A stretch of 64,000 bases of DNA from Gemmatimonadales bacterium (GTDB lineage: Bacteria > Gemmatimonadota > Gemmatimonadetes > Gemmatimonadales > GWC2-71-9), in assembly GCA_041615815.1 (NCBI GenBank), contig JBFJCP010000024.1:1-64000 (forward strand), read 5' to 3'. Under the pieces are notes generated by a model. It had not been told where the DNA came from. It saw only the letters and a program-made list of their open reading frames with translations, and ran no database searches. Made by a program: the position numbers and the translations under genes. Positions 60,498 to 64,000 of the stretch are shown here, in pieces. Every line of letters starts with the position of its first letter. The first letter of the stretch is position 1.

Positions 60498-61310
60498 TTA
60501 CCAGTCGATCTCTTCGAGAAACGCCCGCACTAGTTTGCCGACCATGTCAGGCTGCTCGATGGGTGACATGTGCCCCGTCTTCGGGAGGACCTCGAGCCGC
60601 GCGTTGGGAATCGTCTCCGCCAAACGCCGGGACTCCCGTCGCGGGGTCGTACGATCTTCGTCACCGTACAGCACGAGGGTCGGGGCGGTGATGGTCGCGA
60701 GCTGGTCAATCACGGATGGTCGGGCGACGGGTACCGACACCGTCCGCGCCACCCAGTCGGGGTCCAAACGCTTCCAACGGTTCGTCCACGACTCCACGAC
60801 ATCCGGATGGGCGGCACGGAAGGTCGGACCAAAGGCCGTCGCCGCGGCTTGGTTGAGGATCCACTGTCGCATCCCGAAAAGGCGAACGCCGAGCACCAAC
60901 CCGGCGTACTTGAGCCGCGCTCCGAACGCCTCCGAGTTGGCGCTCGTATCGATGAGCACGAGGCCGGCGAGACGGTGTGGCCGGTGCATGGCGAGGTGGA
61001 GGGCGGCCATGCCACCCATGCTCTGTCCGATCACGACGGCCCGGTCGATCTCGAGGGCATCCATCGTGCGCGCATAATCCTCGCCCTGATCCTTCATGTC
61101 CCACGAGCTGCGAGGCATCTCGCTGGCACCATGGGCTCGCCAATCGATCCGGACTACCCTATGGTCCCGTTCCAGGTTCTGCGCCAACGCGTCGTACATC
61201 GAGTGATCGAAGAGATACCCATGCCCAAGAATCACGGGCCGGCCACTTCCGCGGTCCAACACGTTGAGACGAGTACCATCCGCATCGACGGCGAGAATCG
61301 AATCCTGCAT
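60498..61310 (-). CDS. Alpha/beta-fold hydrolase
   Basis: HG, DWRAHGAS, GQSMGG nucleophile elbow, GDED, GHMSPIEQP. Confidence 0.9.
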   Translation of the reverse strand: MQDSILAVDADGTRLNVLDRGSGRPVILGHGYLFDHSMYDALAQNLERDHRVVRIDWRAHGASEMPRSSWDMKDQGEDYARTMDALEIDRAVVIGQSMGGMAALHLAMHRPHRLAGLVLIDTSANSEAFGARLKYAGLVLGVRLFGMRQWILNQAAATAFGPTFRAAHPDVVESWTNRWKRLDPDWVARTVSVPVARPSVIDQLATITAPTLVLYGDEDRTTPRRESRRLAETIPNARLEVLPKTGHMSPIEQPDMVGKLVRAFLEEIDW

Positions 61311-61370
61311 GTCGCCAATGCTATCGCGAAAAACGTCCTGGCGCCATGAATGCCTCATGACGGTCGCACC

Positions 61371-61405
61371 AAAAAGACATGGGACCCGACCGGCGGGTCC
61401 CATGT
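61371..61405 (-). terminator. Intrinsic terminator after the YegP-family gene
   Basis: 12-bp stem acatgggacccg/cgggtcccatgt with a 5-nt loop, followed on the minus strand by CTTTTT. Confidence 0.75.
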
Positions 61406-61429
61406 GACTCAGGCGAAACGCGAGGTGCG

Positions 61430-61762
61430 TTACGCCTCTTTGATCCTCGCCCGCCCTGCATTGCGCATGACAGAAGAGATGCCGTTGGAGCGCCCGGAAG
61501 CCGAATGGTACATCTGGCTCTTGGCGACCGACTGGCCGTTCGGTGAGGTCAGCACGAAATAGTACTTCCCATTCCGCGACGTGCGTCGATCGAACAACGT
61601 CTTCTTCTTCGAACACGCTTTTACCGATTTGACGCCGTTGGTGGCGCTGCCCTTGGAACGGTACCCCTCACTCTGCAGAATCACCTGTCCGTTCTTGGCC
61701 GTGAGGTTGAAGTAGTACTGGCCAGTCTTACCACGAAAAATCTGGAATCGGGGGTGTGCCAT
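61430..61762 (-). CDS. YegP/DUF1508 family protein (tandem domain)
   Basis: GAAGGAG RBS; YFNLTAKNGQVILQSEGY and YFVLTSPNGQSVAKSQMY...GISSV. Confidence 0.9.
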   Translation of the reverse strand: MAHPRFQIFRGKTGQYYFNLTAKNGQVILQSEGYRSKGSATNGVKSVKACSKKKTLFDRRTSRNGKYYFVLTSPNGQSVAKSQMYHSASGRSNGISSVMRNAGRARIKEA

Positions 61763-61864
61763 CACATGCTCCTTCAGAAAACGGCGATTCGATGCCTCAG
61801 CCATGCTGGGGGCTCGTGTCGCCGGTCATTGTAGTGACTTACCACGTTTGGTGCAACACCCTCC

Positions 61865-62171
61865 ATACCTGGCGCAGCTGGCCGAGGTCTCGACATGACT
61901 CGCGCTGCGGAGGCCGTGAACTCGGCGGAACGCGCTGTGGAGCTCATACCGATCGAGCGTGACGGCTCTCGAGGACCGGATTGGGAAGTCAACTTGGCAG
62001 AAGTCATGGTGCGGCTGGGCGACCTCGATCGTGCAGTCCAAAGCTGGATCGCATCGTCCAGCGGCCCGCGCCCCTCCCCCTCAGGCTGCTCGCGGTGGAC
62101 CCCATCTGGGCACCTTACAGGATCACGCTGGCTTCCGGCGACTAGTGGGGCAACGTCACCGGTCAGGCTGA
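61865..62171 (+). pseudogene. Frameshifted remnant of the TPR C-terminus of a kinase/TolB-TPR type protein
   Basis: Joining three frames gives AERAVELIPIERDGSRGPDWEVNLAEVMVRLGDLDRAVQ / KLDRIVQRPAPLPLRLLAVDPIWAP / LQDHAGFRRLV; no N-terminal part present. Confidence 0.6.
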
Positions 62172-62255
62172 GCCTACCCATCCTGTGTTTCCTATTATAC
62201 TCGGTACACGAGAATTATACTCCGTACTCCCGAACCGAGACAGCGATACTGCCAG

Positions 62256-62804
62256 GTGACCGTGCACCGGCACATTCCCAGCCCGTTCGATCCAACCGAG
62301 ATGCGCGCGTTCCTCGATACGTTCATGTACGAGGAGGCGGCCTTCTTACCAGACGAAATCCTCGAAGCCGACGAGACCGCACGTTCGATCGTGGCACGGA
62401 TGGATACGACGAGGCAGCTACCGTACGTCGAGCTGCAGCGGGCATGGCCCGGTCATCCGGCGCACGTGTCGGTGGGCGAACTCGTCATGGCCACCGCCCA
62501 TATGGGATCCTTGCACGGATGGTTCTTCTATGGGCTGCGCTGGAACGAGGGATGGGTCGGGTACGGAAATCGTATCCACCGCGCAGACTTCAAGTCCCTC
62601 GCGCACGTTGGTCCGCCGCTCATATTGCGCTCCCAGGAGACGGCGTCGAGGATCGGGACGCGCCGGATCATCGTGCGGTTCAACTTCGAATTCACGCAAC
62701 AGGGAAGCCCGGTGTACGTGGGCGATCAAACGGCCATGTTCGTCAAGAACGGCCAGCGTGGTTCGCTCATGCCGAACGGGGCAACCACCGCTCGACCTCG
62801 CTGA
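62256..62804 (+). CDS. Hypothetical protein, probable hotdog fold
   Basis: GHPAHVSVGELVMAT helix followed by beta-strands ADFKSLAHVGPPL...VRFNFEFTQ...VYVGDQTAMF. Confidence 0.65.
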   Translation: MTVHRHIPSPFDPTEMRAFLDTFMYEEAAFLPDEILEADETARSIVARMDTTRQLPYVELQRAWPGHPAHVSVGELVMATAHMGSLHGWFFYGLRWNEGWVGYGNRIHRADFKSLAHVGPPLILRSQETASRIGTRRIIVRFNFEFTQQGSPVYVGDQTAMFVKNGQRGSLMPNGATTARPR

Positions 62805-62822
62805 CTAGGAAGGAGAGAATAC

Positions 62823-64000
62823 GTGTTCCATCGTACCCGCACTCTCTTGGCAAGCGTTTCGCTGCTTTTCGTCGCGGTCCTGAGCGCCGGCGCTCAGCAG
62901 ATCGACTATCCGATGACTGCCAAACGGGACATCGTCGATACGCTCCACGGCCATTTCGTATCTGATCCCTACCGCTGGCTCGAAGACGTGGACGCTCCAG
63001 AGACACACGCCTGGGTCCAAGCCCAGAACCAAATCACCTTTGCGTATCTCGATTCGATCCCGGAGCGGGAGCGGATCCGCCAACGGCTGACGGAGCTGTG
63101 GAACTACGAGCGCTTCAGCGTGCCTTTCAAAGAAGGCGATCGGTACTTCTATTACAAAAACGACGGCCTGCAGAACCAATCCGTCCTGTACACGCAACGG
63201 TCATTGGACGGGGAGCCAACCGTTCTCCTCGACCCCAACCAGTTGTCAGAGGACGGCACCGTGGCACTTTCGACGGTAGCCTTCACCGAAGACGCAAAGC
63301 TCATGGTGTACGGTGTGTCCCGCAGCGGTTCGGATTGGCGCGAGTTCTTCATCCGGGACGTGGAAACCGGTCGCGATTTAGCTGACCACCTCCGGTGGAT
63401 CAAATTCTCCGGGGCCTCATGGACGCATGATGGACGAGGCTTCTTCTACAGTCGGTACCCCGAACCTCTGGAGAGCGAGACCTACGCTGGTGCCAACCGC
63501 AATCAACGCCTCTACTACCATCGCGTCGGGGAGCCGCAAGCCAGTGATCCCTTGATCTACCAACGTCCGGATCAGCCGGAGTGGGGGTTCGGAATGGCGG
63601 TCACCGACGACGGCCGCTACGGCATCATGAGCGTGTGGCATGGCACCGACGAACGCAATCGGGTCTACTACATCGATTTCCAAAGCGCCAACCAACCGAA
63701 CCTCGGCGGGGATGTGGTGAGACTGCTGGACGATTTTGACGCCGACTACGGCTTCGTCGGAAACGACGGACCGGTGTTCTACTTTCGCACCAACCTGGAT
63801 GCGCCCCGGTACCGCGTGATCGCCATCGACACTCGGCGGCCCGGCCGCGACCATTGGGAAACGCTCATTCCCGAACGGGGAGACGTTCTGCAGAGCGTGG
63901 ACATCGTGAACAACCAGTTCGTGGTGCGATACCTACACAACGCCCATACACAGATCCTGATCTACGATCTGGATGGCACGTTCGTTCGGGAAGTGGCCCT
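62823..64000 (+). CDS. Prolyl oligopeptidase (S9A), truncated by window end
   Basis: AGGAG RBS, GTG start, signal peptide, DPYRWLED, WVQAQN, GLQNQSVLY, LLDPN, GSDW, WIKFSG; manual translation, absent from the ORF track. Confidence 0.92.
   Translation, partial: MFHRTRTLLASVSLLFVAVLSAGAQQIDYPMTAKRDIVDTLHGHFVSDPYRWLEDVDAPETHAWVQAQNQITFAYLDSIPERERIRQRLTELWNYERFSVPFKEGDRYFYYKNDGLQNQSVLYTQRSLDGEPTVLLDPNQLSEDGTVALSTVAFTEDAKLMVYGVSRSGSDWREFFIRDVETGRDLADHLRWIKFSGASWTHDGRGFFYSRYPEPLESETYAGANRNQRLYYHRVGEPQASDPLIYQRPDQPEWGFGMAVTDDGRYGIMSVWHGTDERNRVYYIDFQSANQPNLGGDVVRLLDDFDADYGFVGNDGPVFYFRTNLDAPRYRVIAIDTRRPGRDHWETLIPERGDVLQSVDIVNNQFVVRYLHNAHTQILIYDLDGTFVREVA

Noticed and set aside
61895..62965. 356-aa ORF as an intact gene
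   Set aside because: Only the first roughly 50 codons look protein-like (pseudogene piece); the rest overlaps two better genes out of frame
1..64000. Mobile elements, prophage or defence systems
   Set aside because: No transposase, integrase, phage structural, restriction-modification, toxin-antitoxin or reverse transcriptase motifs recognised, and no obvious compositional island by eye

Overview
GC-rich, gene-dense bacterial chromosome segment with about 55 CDSs. The gene families present (secreted M14/M20/M28/M6/M55/S9 peptidases, a VPS10/BNR propeller protein, a plug-only TonB-type protein, Tat-exported enzymes) suggest a Gemmatimonadota-like heterotroph; this is inference only. I see no rRNA, canonical tRNA, CRISPR array, transposase, integrase or phage genes. 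Recognisable genes include ppc, mltG, glpD and a pspC-domain gene, plus a nitrilase, a GcvT-like protein, two GMC oxidoreductases, an ILVBL/HACL-like ThDP enzyme, a pentaheme plus octaheme-TPR cytochrome pair and a prolyl oligopeptidase cut by the window end. Most notable: (1) a 66-aa secreted or lipoprotein gene with a conotoxin-like cystine-knot framework, overlapping its neighbours on both sides in a DUF481-barrel/NUDIX/NHL operon; (2) a densely structured intergenic element at about 19.35-19.61 kb with GNRA, cUUCGg and T-loop-like hairpins inside an 11-bp stem, a candidate unannotated ncRNA; (3) an M6 protease with a dockerin-like tail next to a small beta-rich lipoprotein; (4) a small DRR/ERR-repeat protein that might bind c-di-GMP; (5) several normally cytoplasmic amino-acid enzymes carrying Tat or lipoprotein signals. 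All calls are by-eye motif recognition, no database searches were run, and start codons are best estimates.
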